Below are positions 14,401-27,166 of a stretch of DNA of 64,000 bases, one piece after another (the stretch's first letter is position 1; each line of letters starts with the position of its first letter). Source of the stretch: Macrostomum hystrix (taxonomy: Eukaryota; Animalia; Platyhelminthes); the NCBI GenBank assembly GCA_950097015.1, contig CATNEN010000001.1:7874001-7938000 (forward strand). Direction: 5' to 3'. Both the position numbers and the translations under genes were made by a program. The notes under the pieces were generated by a model that was not told the DNA's origin, made no database searches, and was given only the letters and a program-made list of their open reading frames with translations.

Positions 14401-17400
14401 CAGCAGATAATGGCGAAAGTGTGCAAGTAGGCTAAGTAAAACCTAGTCTAATTAGTCAAAAATAAATTTGTCTGCCATTTTTTCCTAACTAGAAGTACAT
14501 GCTACATGAAAGTATAGCTACCACTTGTAAGTGAATCATTCATTGTACTTTATAGCCTAATACTTTAGAAGGTATAGCATACAACACTCACAGACAGGTA
14601 TAGTACATCTGCACCAACATTTTCATCGTCTTGGTGAGAGACGCAGAGTACGTGTTACACCGATTGTGTCCTTAAACTAAGACACTTAATTCCCTGGTGA
14701 GTTAGTTGGGGTAGAAATTTTAATAGTTGTAGCAGCATGCCCGGTCCATGGGTTAGATATCTAGCTGTGTACGCACCCCTTCATATGTGTTGCTCTACTT
14801 TAGCAAAATAAACAAAATATACATGGCTTTGGCATTGACGAAGATTTCCGTTTGAACCGGAAAATATGAATCTCGCAATGATTAATTACTGGACTAAACT
14901 CGTTAAAAGCGTTTGAGAAAATAGAATCAATCTTATCATAACTCAATTAGCACATAGTCTTAAAAAAACTTTCTTTAAAAGGTGAAAAATTTAAATAGAC
15001 AGATTGTAATTAAAAAAACTTTTTTCTAATCTTTAAAGTTAATTGCTGCAAAAATGTGCCCTTTTAACTGCTGCTATCAGAAGAACTATTAAGAATTGTT
15101 ATTTTACTTAGAGCTATACAAAGTTGTTAGCAATAGGATGCACTATAGCATCACACTAATCAGTTACATATAATACCCGCTGGCAATTTGCATCAATCAT
15201 ACTAATAACAATCTAGCCGTATATATTTGTTCATTTATATCTAACATATCATATAGTGCACAGTAGATGCAGCAGCTATACCCATCGTCAAATTAGGAAT
15301 GGATTTGCAGACCCGTTGGTTGATTGATTAAAAATAAATTTAGAAAGCAGTCAGATAACCAAAATATGAGAATACGCGCATGCATAAACTAGCTAAATAA
15401 GCTGTAGGGTTTTGTGGACCAGAATTTTCTCGCTCCGACAAACCCCAACCCCAGACACTACAAGGGGAGTTAGCGGGCCGGGAATTTAATCCGAATCTGT
15501 CGGATAATATTTTATCGGACTTAGCATGGCGTGTAAGATTTTGAGGGTGCTTTAGCCATAGACATATGTAAATGGACGTGAAAGCCATTAAAAGCATAGC
15601 TTTGGCATGTATTTTAGCCATAGACATGTGTAAATGGCCGAGAAAGCCATGGAAAGCATAGCTTTGGTATGTATTTTAGCCATAGACATATGTAAATGGC
15701 CGAGAAAGCCATGGAAGGTATAGCTTTGGCATGTGTTTTAGCCATAGACATGTGTAAATGGCCGTGAAAGCCATGGAAAGCATAGCTTTGGCATGTATTT
15801 TAGCCATAGACATGTGTAAATGGCCGTGAAAGCCATTGAAAGCATAGCTTTGGCATGTGTTTTAGCCATAGACATATGTAAATGGCCGAGAAAGCCATGG
15901 AAGGTATAGCTTTGGCATGTGTTTTAGCCATAGACATGTGTAAATGGCCGTGAAAGCCATGGAAAGCATAGCTTTGGCATGTATTTTAGCCATAGACATG
16001 TGTAAATGGCCGTGAAAGCCATTGAAAGCATAGCTTTGTCATGTGCTTTAGCCATAGACATATGTATATGGCCGTGAAAGCCATTAAAAGCATAGCTTTG
16101 GCATGTGTTTTAGCCATAGACATGTGTAAATGGCCGTGAAAGCCATTGAAAGCATAGCTTTGGCATGTGTTTTAGCCATAGACATATGTAAATGGCCGAG
16201 AAAGCCATGGAAGGTATAGCTTTGGCATGTGTTTTAGCCATAGACATGTGTAAATGGCCGTGAAAGCCATGGAAAGCATAGCTTTGGCATGTGCTTTAGC
16301 CATAGACATATGTATATGGCCGTGAAAGCCATTGAAAGCATAGCTTTGGCATGTGTTTTAGCCATAGACATGTGTAAATGGCTGAGAAAGCCATGGAAAG
16401 CATAGTTTTGGGTGTGTTTAAGCCATAGACAATCCTAGCTGGTATAATTAAATATTTTTACTGCACCTCAAGCATTCAGTTCTAACCTACAATGTGCCTA
16501 TTTGAATACATGCATTGCTAATGCAATTCCAGGAATAGAAGCCTGCATGACTCAGTCCACTAAGTCAGTCATATAAAGGAGAGAAATATGCGCCGTAAAA
16601 GGAAGCTCACTTTTAGTATCGGGGTTGGATGGCGTGACTGGCAGGTTAGAAAAATGAGTAAAGTAAGTTTATTGACTGAGGCTTTTTCATTTGAAGTTTA
16701 GGATTTACAATCTACACTATATATTTAATACATGTGTATGCAATAGTATTATATCTAGGTGACAGAGGTTTTTGGCTTCGGCGTTGCCGTTAAGGTCAAC
16801 CAAATCAACCCAACCCAAAATATGACTAGTCTAGCTTGCATTACTTAAATTGATTGGATTTGTAATGCTGTAAACATTTGACCTGTCCATCAAATTCTTG
16901 CTTTCAGTATTTCAACTGTGCCTAAGCAAAATGTGAGGGCAGAATCTATTGCGTAACCGTTTTTGTACGTACAGCTAAATACACTCACTGTAGGCTTAAA
17001 ACTGATTCGGCTATTGCTAAACTAACTGGAATTATAAGACTTGTAACAGGGGTGAGCATATGGCTTCCAAAGTCTGCGAACAGCTGTTCAGTCTGATCAT
17101 CCTCCGATTTCCTCAGGTTCATTCTCTCATTTCCTCAGGTTCATTCTCTCATTTCCTCATGATCATTCTCTCATTTCCTCATGATCATTCTCCCATTTTC
17201 TCAGGATCATTCTCTCATTTCCTCAGGTTCATTCTCCCATTTCCACAGGTTCATTCTCCCATTTCCTCAGGTTCATTCTCCCATTTCCTCAGGTTCATTC
17301 TTTCATTTCCACAGGTTCATTCTCCCATTTCCTCAGGTTCATTCTTTCATTTCCTCAGGTTGATTCTCCCACTTCCCCAGGATCATTCTCCGATTTCCTC

Positions 17401-20400
17401 AGGTTCATTCTCTCATTTCCTCAGGTTCATTCTCTCATTTCCTCAGGTTCATTCTCCCATTACCTCATGATCATTCTCCCATTTCTTCAGGATCATTCTT
17501 TCATTTCCTCAGGTTCATTCTCTCATTTCCTCATGATCATTCTCCGATTTCCTCAGGATCATTCTCTCATTTCCTCATGATCATTCTCTCATTTCCTCAT
17601 GATCATTCTCCCATTTTCTCAGTATCATTCTCTCATTTCCTCAGGTTCATTCTCCCATTTCCTCAGGATCATTCTCTCATTTCCTCATGATCATTCTCCC
17701 ATTTCTTCAGGATCATTCTCCCATTTCCTCATGATCATTCTCCCATTTCCTCATGATCATTCTCCCATTTCCTCATGATCATTCTCTCATTTCCTCATGA
17801 TCATTCTCCCATTTCTTCAGGATCATTCTCCCATTTCTTCAGGATCATTCTCCCATTTCCTCAGGATCATTCTCCGATTTCCTCAGGATCATTCTCCCAT
17901 TTCCTCATGATCATTCTCCCATTTCCTCAGGTTCATTCTCTTATTTTCCTGATAGTATCAAGAGGATCCTGTGTTAGGTTGAAATTTTCGCTAGTACGCA
18001 GCTTTTAGGACACGCAAGCATAGTAGAAGAAAAAGTGAAAGTTAAAATTTTTCGAATGCTTTCTTCTAGCCACTGGTCTAACCAAAAAAAGCTTCTAAAG
18101 CGCGTAGGGCAATGCCCAGGGTACAGACTTCGAAGTATAGAAATCGGGAGTTTGACGTTAGGAAGCAACACGGGAAGAGAGGAAGAAAATTCTGTCCTTT
18201 TCCACACTCTTTGGCCTGATCCCATACTGGGCAGAGTTCACTTATCAATGGCGACGTAGGCCATTGAAACCGGATAAGATCTAAGGAATTACAAACATAT
18301 TGATTCAATACATTAACTGTAGCTTAGATTAGCCATCTAGCTTGGAATAGGCAGATGCTGAGATAAAAAGATTTAGGGAATATCTAACAAATAAAGTTTC
18401 TTACTAAATTATAAAAATGTCAGGCTTCAACCAATACTATCGGAAAATACACGTGTAGTCTTGCGAAGTAGCTTTTTACTGACTTTTGAGCGCGAACCTA
18501 GCAACAAAACTGAATCTTATTAATAAAGGTGCGGACTTTCCTAAGGATGTCCTCAGTGTCTTGGGCGGTTGGCCCTCTAGTGCGTAAATTGCACAACAAG
18601 CCCCCCAAAGCATCCTTAAGTGCGAGAGACATAATGTAAAACTAGGACACTTTCTGTTTAGGATAAGACTTAGAAATGTTCGCCAATGCCAGTTGTTTTA
18701 ATTGCGCAAGAAAGACTAAGCCAAACTTACAAAGTCACGATCAGCAATGAGGTAGAGCTCCATAAGAAATGGTCCTTCCTTAGTGACAACGTGCGGCTTA
18801 GGGGGAGAGTCCAACCTTATTGTATAGTCTGCGGCTCGCTTCTGACGCTGTTCAATAAATTGACATTAATAATATTAGTGCTAGTAAGGAATATTTTAGC
18901 CATCATTACCAACGACTTACCAACAGTTTTCGTAATTTATTTGGCAGAAAGTGTAGCATGCTGTTCATTGTTAGCGGAGGAGCTGAAATATAAGTGTAAG
19001 AGTTTAAGTTCTTAGTTTTTCTTGCCAATGATTAGCGATCTCAAATGAGGATCTAGATGGATTAACGATCCTAAATGACAATCTAGAAGGATTACCGATC
19101 TTAAATGGGGATCTAGATGGATTAACGATCCTAAATGACAATCTAGAAGGATTAACGATCTTAAATGAGGATCTAGATGGATTAACGATCCTAAATGACA
19201 ATCTAGAAGGATTACCGATCTTAAATGACAATCTAGAAGGATTAACGATCCTAAATGACAATCTAGAAGGATAACCGATCTTAAATGACAATCTAGAAGG
19301 ATTAACGATCCTAAATGACAATCTAGAAGGATTACCGATCTTAAATGAGGATCTAGATGGATTAACGATCCTAAATGACAATCTAGAAGGATTACCGATC
19401 TTAAATGAGGATCTAGATGGATTAACGATCCTAAATGACAATCTAGAAGGATTACCGATCTTAAATGACAATCTAGAAGGATTAACGATCCTAAATGACA
19501 ATCTAGATGGATTACCGATCTTAAATGACAATCTAGAAGGATTAACGATCCTAAATGACAATCTAGAAGGATTACCGATCTTAAATGACAATCTAGAAGG
19601 ATTAACGATCCTAAATGACAATCTAGAAGGATTACCGATCTTAAATGACAATCTAGAAGGATTAACGATCCTAAATGACAATCTAGATGGATTAACGATC
19701 CTAAATGACAATCTAGAAGGATTACCGATCTTAAATGACAATCTAGAAGGATTAACGATCCTAAATGACAATCTAGAAGGATTACCGATCTTAAATGACA
19801 ATCTAGAAGGATTAACGATCCTAAATGACAATCTAGAAGGATTACCGATCCTAAATGACAATCTAGAAGGATTACCGATCTTAAATGACAATCTAGATGG
19901 ATTAACGATCCTAAATGACAATCTAGAAGGATTACCGATCTTAAATGACAATCTAGAAGGATTAACGATCCTAAATGACAATCTAGAAGGATTACCGATC
20001 TTAAATGACAATCTAGAAGGATTAACGATCCTAAATGACAATCTAGAAGGATTACCGATCTTAAATGACAATCTAGAAGGATTACCGATCTTAAATGACA
20101 ATCTAGAAGGATTAACGATCCTAAATGACAATCTAGAAGGATTACCGATCTTAAATGACAATCTAGAAGGATTAACGATCCTAAATGACAATCTAGAAGG
20201 ATTACCGATCCTAAATGACAATCTAGAAGGATTACCGATCTTAAATGAGGATCTAGATGGATTAACGATCCTAAATGACAATCTAGAAGGATTAACGATC
20301 CTAAATGACAATCTAGAAGGATTAACGATCTTAAATGACAATCTAGAAGGATTAACGATCCTAAATGACAATCTAGAAGGATTACCGATCTTAAATGACA

Positions 20401-23061
20401 ATCTAGAAGGATTAACGATCCTAAATGACAATCTAGAAGGATTACCGATCTTAAATGACAATCTAGAAGGATTAACGATCCTAAATGACAATCTAGAAGG
20501 ATTACCGATCTTAAATGACAATCTAGAAGGATTAACGATCCTAAATGACAATCTAGATGGATTAACGATCCTAAATGACAATCTAGAAGGATTACCGATC
20601 TTAAATGACAATCTAGAAGGATTAACGATCCTAAATGACAATCTAGAAGGATTACCGATCTTAAATGACAATCTAGAAGGATTAACGATCCTAAATGACA
20701 ATCTAGAAGGATTACCGATCCTAAATGACAATCTAGAAGGATTACCGATCTTAAATGACAATCTAGATGGATTAACGATCCTAAATGACAATCTAGAAGG
20801 ATTAACGATCCTAAATGACAATCTAGAAGGATTACCGATCTTAAATGACAATCTAGAAGGATTAACGATCTTAAATAACAATCTAGAAGGATTAACGATC
20901 CTAAATGACAATCTAGAAGGATTACCGATCTTAAATGACAATCTAGAAGGATTAACGATCATAAATGAGGATCTAGATGGATTAGCGAACATAAATGAGG
21001 ATCTAGATGGATTAGCGTTTTTAAATGAGGATCTAGATGGATTAACGATCATAAATGAGGATCTAGATGGATTAACGTTCTTAAATGAGGAGCTAGATGG
21101 ATTAACGATCCTAAATGACAATCTAGAAGGATTAACGATCTTAAATGAGGATCTAGATGGATTAACGATCCTAAATGACAATCTAGATGGATTAACGATC
21201 TTAAATGAGGATCTAGATGGATTAACGATCCTAAATGACAATCTAGATGGATTATCGATCTTAAATGAGGATCTAGATGGATTAACGATCCTAAATGACA
21301 ATCTAGATGGATTAACGATCCTAAATGACAATCTAGAAGGATTAACGATCTTAAATGAGGATCTAGATTGATTAACGATCTCAAGTTAGTACCTAGAAGG
21401 TTTTATCTGTTAATGAATCGGTCTTACGATTATCATGTGTCTAAATAAAACTGAATCATCAAAACGTACTTACCATTGCCGTCATGATCATTCTTAGCCA
21501 GCTGAGCATACATTGCATCCAGAGACATCCAATCAGTCTTAAGTAACGAATGCGGATAAATATTAATCCTATGGACCCTGACTGGGCCCGAAGATTTTGA
21601 CACAACTGGGTAGATGTAGCCGCTGTGCGTTGAGTTTATTGGCAGTACGCCACTGAAAATTAATCAGAACAAATAATGTAATGATAGCATCAGAGCCATT
21701 AAATACAGATTAAGTTCTGTTACCTCAGAATGAACCTGAGGAACTGGAAGAATGATCCTGAGGAAGTGGGAGAATGATCCTCAGGACATGGGAGAATGAT
21801 CCTCGAGACATGGGAGAATGATCATGAAGACATGGGGGAATGATCATGAAGACATGGGAGAATGATCCTCAGGACAGGAGAGAATGATCCTGAGGAAGTG
21901 GGAGAATGATCCTGAAGAAATGGGTGAATGATCCTGAGGAAGTGGGAGAATGATCCTCAGGACATGGGAGAATGATCCTCGGGACATGGGAGAATGATCC
22001 TCGGGACATGGGAGAATGATCATGAAGACATGGAAGAATGATCCTCAGGACATGGTAGAATGATCCTGAGGAAGTGGGAGAATGATCCTGAAGAAATGGG
22101 TGAATGATCTTGAAGAAATGGGTGAATGATCCTGGGGTAATGGGATAATGATCCTGAGGAAATGGGAAAGTTATGCAGAGAAAAAGAGTGACTGATCCTG
22201 ATGGAATAATTATCCTGAAGAATTGAAATAACCCAGATGCTGTGGGATAAAACTTTTCCCATTCACAGAGTTAAAGATACTCACTGAACACTTCTGCCTT
22301 GATCTTCGCACAGAGACACAGAGCCAACTAAATCGTTGTGCCCAAACAAGCTGGCAGAATAGTGACAATTGCTGGTTCGATTGCTGTGTAGAACTCGCTT
22401 TGGCTTGCTAGTTGTATTGGCGCCACTGGCACCATGGCTGTTCTGATCCAATGTGTAAACTGGGAAAGACATTGGCCTAGAAGACAAATGTACCATTGAA
22501 CAAGGTTGCAGAGGTTAGAGGGGAGTCTCAGATTTCAGAATTTTATAATGTATAGTATTTTTAAATAATTTATTTAGGATGATTGGTTTAAGAATACACA
22601 ACTGCTACTTACTTAGATGCAACCAGCTCAAAATGAAGCACCACACCATTAAGCCTTCTGCCAGATGATAATGGTACTTGCAACACAAGAGCATTATCTG
22701 ACACAGTCTGCAATAATTCCAATTCAAAATATTATTAAAACATAAACACTAACTGAGCACAATCAAGGACAAGAAAAAAGATATACCATTGACTCACATT
22801 AGGTTTTAGTAATCTTCTAAAAGAAGATCTGGAAAACACTGTTGGCATGGTCAGATGCGACTCAGGAAATACATTACCACCTGAATAGATATTAGAATAA
22901 AAAAATTACTAGACATTTTGTGAAAATAGTGAATTCCATGGTTGTTTTAAAATATTGTCATTTCATTATAATGTAATATATTAACCAATGGCACACTTAC
23001 AGCATTGATGAAATATGCATGCAGCCAATGCAATGCAAAGTAACTGATGACTCATCATCAT
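5366..23061 (-). CDS. ADAM (reprolysin/M12B) disintegrin metalloprotease. Exons: 23061-23001, 22880-22798, 22707-22613, 22476-22285, 21652-21474, 18982-18921, 18847-18731, 11302-11231, 11142-10967, 10884-10794, 10320-9928, 9512-9195, ~8729(or 8652)-8407, 7380-6755, 5732-5366
   Basis: Signal peptide MMMSHQLLCIALAAC; prodomain NCHYSASLFG..SVSLC; furin site RQKR; MELYLIADRDF; Zn motif HELAHNLGSGHD with CIM Met-turn; disintegrin CGNGLVEPGEACDCG...DECDFSEHC; Cys-rich and EGF-like domains; TM IAGIVFAVLLVLILAIVSLVLLM; PxxP-rich tail. All junctions are GT-AG and phase-consistent except the one after 9195. Confidence 0.92.
5770..6745. repeat. GAGACTAGATGA-based minisatellite (18-20 bp units; homogeneous 18-bp core ~5990-6240) filling the last ADAM intron
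   Basis: Direct reading. Confidence 0.95.
7754..8007 (+). repeat. Unclassified dispersed repeat; an internally deleted second copy lies at 40765-40901
   Basis: Shared GAATGTGCCTGCATCAT...GGTGGTCACC...TATCTAGAC...CTGCTGGACCTTC and AAAACGGGCGGCAAAATGGCTTGG..CCTACTGTT. Confidence 0.75.
8835..9080. repeat. 36-bp intronic minisatellite (CTGACCAATCAGAGAGCGATTATTCTCTTGACCCAA)
   Basis: Direct reading, about 6 units. Confidence 0.9.
9725..9902. repeat. 23-bp intronic minisatellite (CATTTTGGGATTTCCCTTGAGTA)
   Basis: Direct reading. Confidence 0.85.
10336..10742. repeat. 21-bp intronic minisatellite (GACTGAGGTGCCATTTTTATA)
   Basis: Direct reading, about 19 units. Confidence 0.95.
11660..12315 (+). 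mobile_element. Degenerate copy of the hAT MITE at 34095-34858, carrying a 16-bp satellite (GAGACAGGGGAGAGAT) at ~11750-12260
   Basis: Left flank CCGGCAACCTT...CGCGGGCTAAAGA and right flank GGAGCTTCAAGGGCCGCATCTGGCCC match the subterminal regions of the 34-kb copy; related satellite unit. Confidence 0.7.
12935..13725. repeat. 23-bp minisatellite (GATGGGATTTCTGAATAACACTT) with diverged edges
   Basis: Direct reading. Confidence 0.95.
13725..13962 (-). mobile_element. tRNA-derived CORE-like SINE copy
   Basis: Reverse complement of the 26762 element (B-box GGTTCGATTCC, CAGTCCATGGACTG, CAGATG..CATCTG stem). Confidence 0.8.
15550..16432. repeat. 62-bp tandem repeat, about 14 units
   Basis: TTTAGCCATAGACAT(A/G)TGTAAATGGCCG... 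recurs every 62 bp. Confidence 0.95.
17090..17950 (+). repeat. 22-bp minisatellite (GG(T/A)TCATTCTCCCATTTCCTCA)
   Basis: Direct reading; reverse complement of the array at 21727-22215. Confidence 0.95.
19025..21385. repeat. 30-bp minisatellite (ATCTAGAAGGATTAACGATCCTAAATGACA) with 60-bp dimeric higher order, about 78 units
   Basis: Alternating ATTAAC..CTA and ATTACC..TTA variants. Confidence 0.98.
21727..22215 (-). repeat. 22-bp minisatellite (GAGGAAGTGGGAGAATGATCCT), inverted relative to 17090-17950
   Basis: Direct reading. Confidence 0.9.
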
Positions 23062-25096
23062 AAAAAATACAGATGATAGTTTAGATATATTTGGCCTGAA
23101 AGAATAAAGTAAGAAATAGTAGTATTATTTCATAACAAAAAATTTGATTTTGAAATAAGTTGAAAAGTATAACAATGTAGTATTTTCATCATATTTTAAA
23201 TGGATACATGTATGACATTATAAAAGTTAATTATTCTTAACTTAAGTTGACAAATAAATGTGTTGCACATTAGAATACAAAAATTAAAACAGTCCTAAGA
23301 ACTACATACAAGGATTTAATATATTAATTGCATCAAGTGCAGTGCAAAGCTGTCCTTAAGTTGATTAAGACATTTGATTTTAAGTGTTAATGGTATGTGG
23401 CTTGCTATCAATCACTATTACATATGAGATTATATTTTACATAGATTAAATAATAGTACTAGTAGATAGCCTAAGCCCTACAAGGAAGAAAAGCAAGCTT
23501 AACAAAAATACTGAAATAATTTTACAATAATCAGTTCATGACATAAAAACCAACAAAAGCCATGTTACCAAGGCCAAATTCATGAAACAAGCCAGATTGT
23601 GCTACAAAGTAAGCAGGAACAGCAGAAATGCTAGGCCCCCTACTAGCAAAGCAGTAGGCCTACATCTACCTTGATGTTAAATATCACAGAAATATGTAGC
23701 AGGAAAATACACTGGTAATTGTTATAAGTTACAAAAAGAGCTTTAAAAACGCAATTCTTCCCTTTATTCAGCTAATGTTAGTGTTAGGCGTTTGCTTTAT
23801 TTGACATTATTGATTTAGTAAAGAAATGATAGGGATTAGATAAAATGCAATATTACATAAAATAATTACAGGCCCGTACTATGAAGCTTGCGTACCCTTA
23901 AGTTCAGTCTAAAGGGCCGAATTTGACGGTGCGAGATAGGAGCTAGGACCAAACTTTTCGCACGAACACCTATAGTACGACGCTGATATGTATAGCAGTC
24001 AAGTTTTCGCTCGTTTACAGGAAAGAGTGAAATTTAAATATAGATATTTGTCAGTTACTATATTAAAACAAAAATCTATACGCATTGTGAGACAAAAATG
24101 AATGCATAGCAAAATTTCATCTGTACTTTCTTCAAAGTGTTAAGTTTAACTAATCTGTAAAATATTAAGATTGTTACTTTGCTGACAGACGAGTTTTTCG
24201 AGTTTCCATTTAGGAACTTTTTGGATAAAGAGCGGCGTGAAATGATCTAGGCCTACAACTATTTGTTTATTTAATGAGGATAGTGCCTTCTTAGCTGAAA
24301 GACATGAAGCAAGTATAATCATATAGTTATGTAATGTGTAGCTCGCGTTGCAGTTTCCATTGCTTACTCTAAACTTTAAACTTGTGCTCCAATTTTTTTA
24401 ATCCAAAATCTAAATCTGCATCTGCTTATGTAGTATTGCATTCATTGGCTTAGCTAGCTGTTTCTGTTTTTTTAATTTAACAAGCTCGGCTTTTGAAAGT
24501 TCTTTAATGGAAAGCAGAGAAGAGAAGACGCGAGCAATTATCGATGCAATTAGTAAGTTGTTGAATAATAAATTGTTTTGGTCCTTTTTTGGATGCTTTT
24601 TGCTTTTAACTATCTTTTGAGCCATAAACTTTCATAAAGTAGCTCACATATATTTTAATGAAGCTTTGCTTCTTTACTAGAAACAATATGTGTAGCCATA
24701 GTCAAAGACTTAAGTAGCTATTTGGTTTCAAAAATTTCCCTGAGTTATGAAAGGTTATAATCAAGAGTAGGCCTATGTCAGGATCTTGCCAAAAAAAGAT
24801 TTTTTTCATAGCTTGGCTCTTAATCTGTTTAGAAAAAATAAGAAAGGCAGTGTAGCTAACTAAACTAACTAAAGCTAGCTATATTTTAGGAAAAATAGAT
24901 GAACAAAATAGCTCAAGGGGCATATACAACTTAAGGGGTGTAAATTTACTTTTGTTCCCGAAATTATTTTTTCTTTTAAAATGTTGAACAATGAAGCGGA
25001 TAATGTCAACTGGTAACACAACTGGTGGGAAACATATTTAAATGGCACTGAGCATTGCTCAGTTCAGTTCAATGTGGCCCTGACTGTCTCAGATTC

Positions 25097-25430
25097 CTAA
25101 ACTGGGTAATAATGACAAATCCAGTACAGAATGCTGCCAAAAGACTTGGCAGGCCCCAGGTGAAGGCGTTGCCATAGATACTCTTGGATGTGTGATTCAA
25201 AGAGGGCATCACTAGTGCCATGCCACATAGTCTCATCAGTACTTGCCGTCACTTCCATCAGATCCCTTGAATTCATATTTAGTTCCGTCAGTGCCTGTGC
25301 CGGCAGAACTTCATTCGGTGGCACAATCCACAATGGTCTTGGGGGCTGTCCAGCCATTTGCAAATCAGAAGAGTCTCAAAGTCTCTAAAATCCAAACTAT
25401 AGTGAGGGCTCGATAAAATTCAGCTAAATT
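25097..25430 (-). mobile_element. Merlin/ISXO2 (IS1595-like) transposase C-terminal relic
   Basis: HGTSDALFESHIQEYLWQRLH...FGSILYWICHYYPV* resembles the Merlin C-terminus (GTS..LF..YL.EY.WRR...F..IL..I...YP); NFIEP upstream resembles NFVDP. Recognised from memory, not searched. Confidence 0.5.
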
Positions 25431-25621
25431 TCTGTGCCCCTTTCTGTGTCATTCTGTGTCATTCCGCGTCATTGGCACCATTTTAAAAGAGGAAAATAAT
25501 TTCGCAAACAAAAGTAAATTTACGCCAACTTAAGTCTATATCTATAGGCCTAGTCATGCATTTTACTAATAATAGGCCTATACTATGACCTTAGCCAAGA
25601 ACTGACAATATAATATATATA

Positions 25622-26265
25622 GGGTAATGTATCATCAACCAAACAACAATGTGTATTTTTTTAACTTCAAACCTAAGCTACAGATTTTCAATTTAAGATA
25701 TGATGATAAATCAAAAGCCAAGTTATAGAAAACAGTTACATCTTTCTAAAAAGTATCTGCTTTTGCTATTTTGTCAAATAGAAAAAAAGTTATTCCTACT
25801 TTTTATCTAAAACCGAACAATGATTTTCATGTATCTTCAAACCAAACAGAGAATTTGATGTTTGGTTGTACAATTTGAGTGAGTGGTTTAATCTTATTTT
25901 AAGGAGTGAACTATCATGAATTATGTAATTTGAAAGCATTTTTCATGCTCTATAAATAACTACATTTATGGTCATTTAATTGGCAAGCAACCACATACAA
26001 TCTTTGTCTAAAGTACATACTGAAAAAATGTTGTTTAAAAAGTATGCATTTGCAATAAAAATTTCTACTGAAACATCAATATCTTTCTTTTCTCTTAATT
26101 CTTCATTGCACATCATGCCTCAGTTTGTAGATAATTTCTTCAACTTTCAAATTAGTTGTTCTGTGAAACACAATAGCTTTTTTCTATCTTGCACAAGACC
26201 AAGGAAGGAGTCAAAATTCTTGTTCGGTTTTGAAGATACATTGTTCGGTTGATGATACATTACCC
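25622..26265. mobile_element. Non-autonomous TIR DNA element (MITE) flanked by TA/TATA
   Basis: TATA-GGGTAATGTATCATCAACCAAACA ... TGTTCGGTTGATGATACATTACCC-TATA; internal copies of the subterminal GTATCTTCAAACC motif. Confidence 0.85.
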
Positions 26266-26761
26266 TATAGACAATTAAACTATAAATTTATAACCAATCA
26301 AATATCATACCTACAACTACTTTTTGTTGAGATAACCTTGGCTTAGATAATCTATGGATCTAAAAAAGATATGACAATCTCAGAACAGATATGCTATACT
26401 CTTTTATTAGCTTTGCTTTTGTCTCATTGCAGTTCAGCCTTAGTCTAATAGCACTTAAGCCACAATTTCGTAACTTTAACTGTTTTGTAGTAATGTTTTA
26501 AGCTTTGCCATAACCTCATAGCAGCTGAGCCTTTATCTCAGTATTTTATTCATACTCATATTAGTTTTGACAATATTTTAAAGTAAACAATAGTCTCATT
26601 AAAGCTTTGCCACAGTCTCAAACCACAGTTTAGCCATAATCATATAGCAGCTTTATCATAATCTCATAATCCCCCCAGCAGCAGGGAACCATGTCCTCTA
26701 AGCAAGGGTGGACCCAGATCCCCCATGAATTTTTTCTCTTTTGTTCTGTTTGTTATTCAAA

Positions 26762-27070
26762 GAGGTTGTAGCCTAGTGGTTAGAGCAACGGACTCATGAC
26801 TTGAAGGTTGGGGGTTTGATTCCCGACTCCACTGGAACAATTTGTGTCCTTTAGCAAGACACTTAACTCTGCATTGCTTCAGTTCACCCAGCTGTTAAAT
26901 GGATTCCAGCATCAGCTAGGGTAATTGATGGTGGGTGCGGCGTCCCCCAGTCCATGGACTGAACAGCCATACGCAGCCTTCAGATGTGCCATGCACTAGC
27001 TGTGGCTGTGCTGTCGGCTGCACATCTGACCCGATTAGGGCAGATGTAATCATTATTATTATTATTATTT
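26762..27070 (+). mobile_element. Full-length tRNA-derived SINE with CORE-like domain and (ATT)n tail
   Basis: A-box TAGCCTAGTGG; degenerate B-box GGTTTGATTCC; TGTGTCCTTTAGCAAGACACTTAACTCTGCATTGCTTCAGTTCACCCAGCTGTTAAATGG resembles the CORE consensus; at least 6 copies in the window. Confidence 0.85.
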
Positions 27071-27166
27071 AGAATAATCAAATATATATGGATAGTTTAT
27101 GAATACCCTGAAAGTATATATTCAATCTCTAATGTTAAAATTCTCACCTACCAACCTCCACTGTAG

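Noticed and set aside
16611-16637. 27-nt microexon-like segment with good branch point, acceptor and donor on the minus strand
   Set aside because: It would insert 9 aa into the catalytic domain where the 18731->11302 junction already gives the expected motif; no other support
19004-21331. 775-aa ORF of (SFRIVNPSRL)n on the ADAM strand
   Set aside because: Translation of a 30-bp intronic satellite whose unit lacks a stop in that frame; the flanking ADAM exons already join in phase
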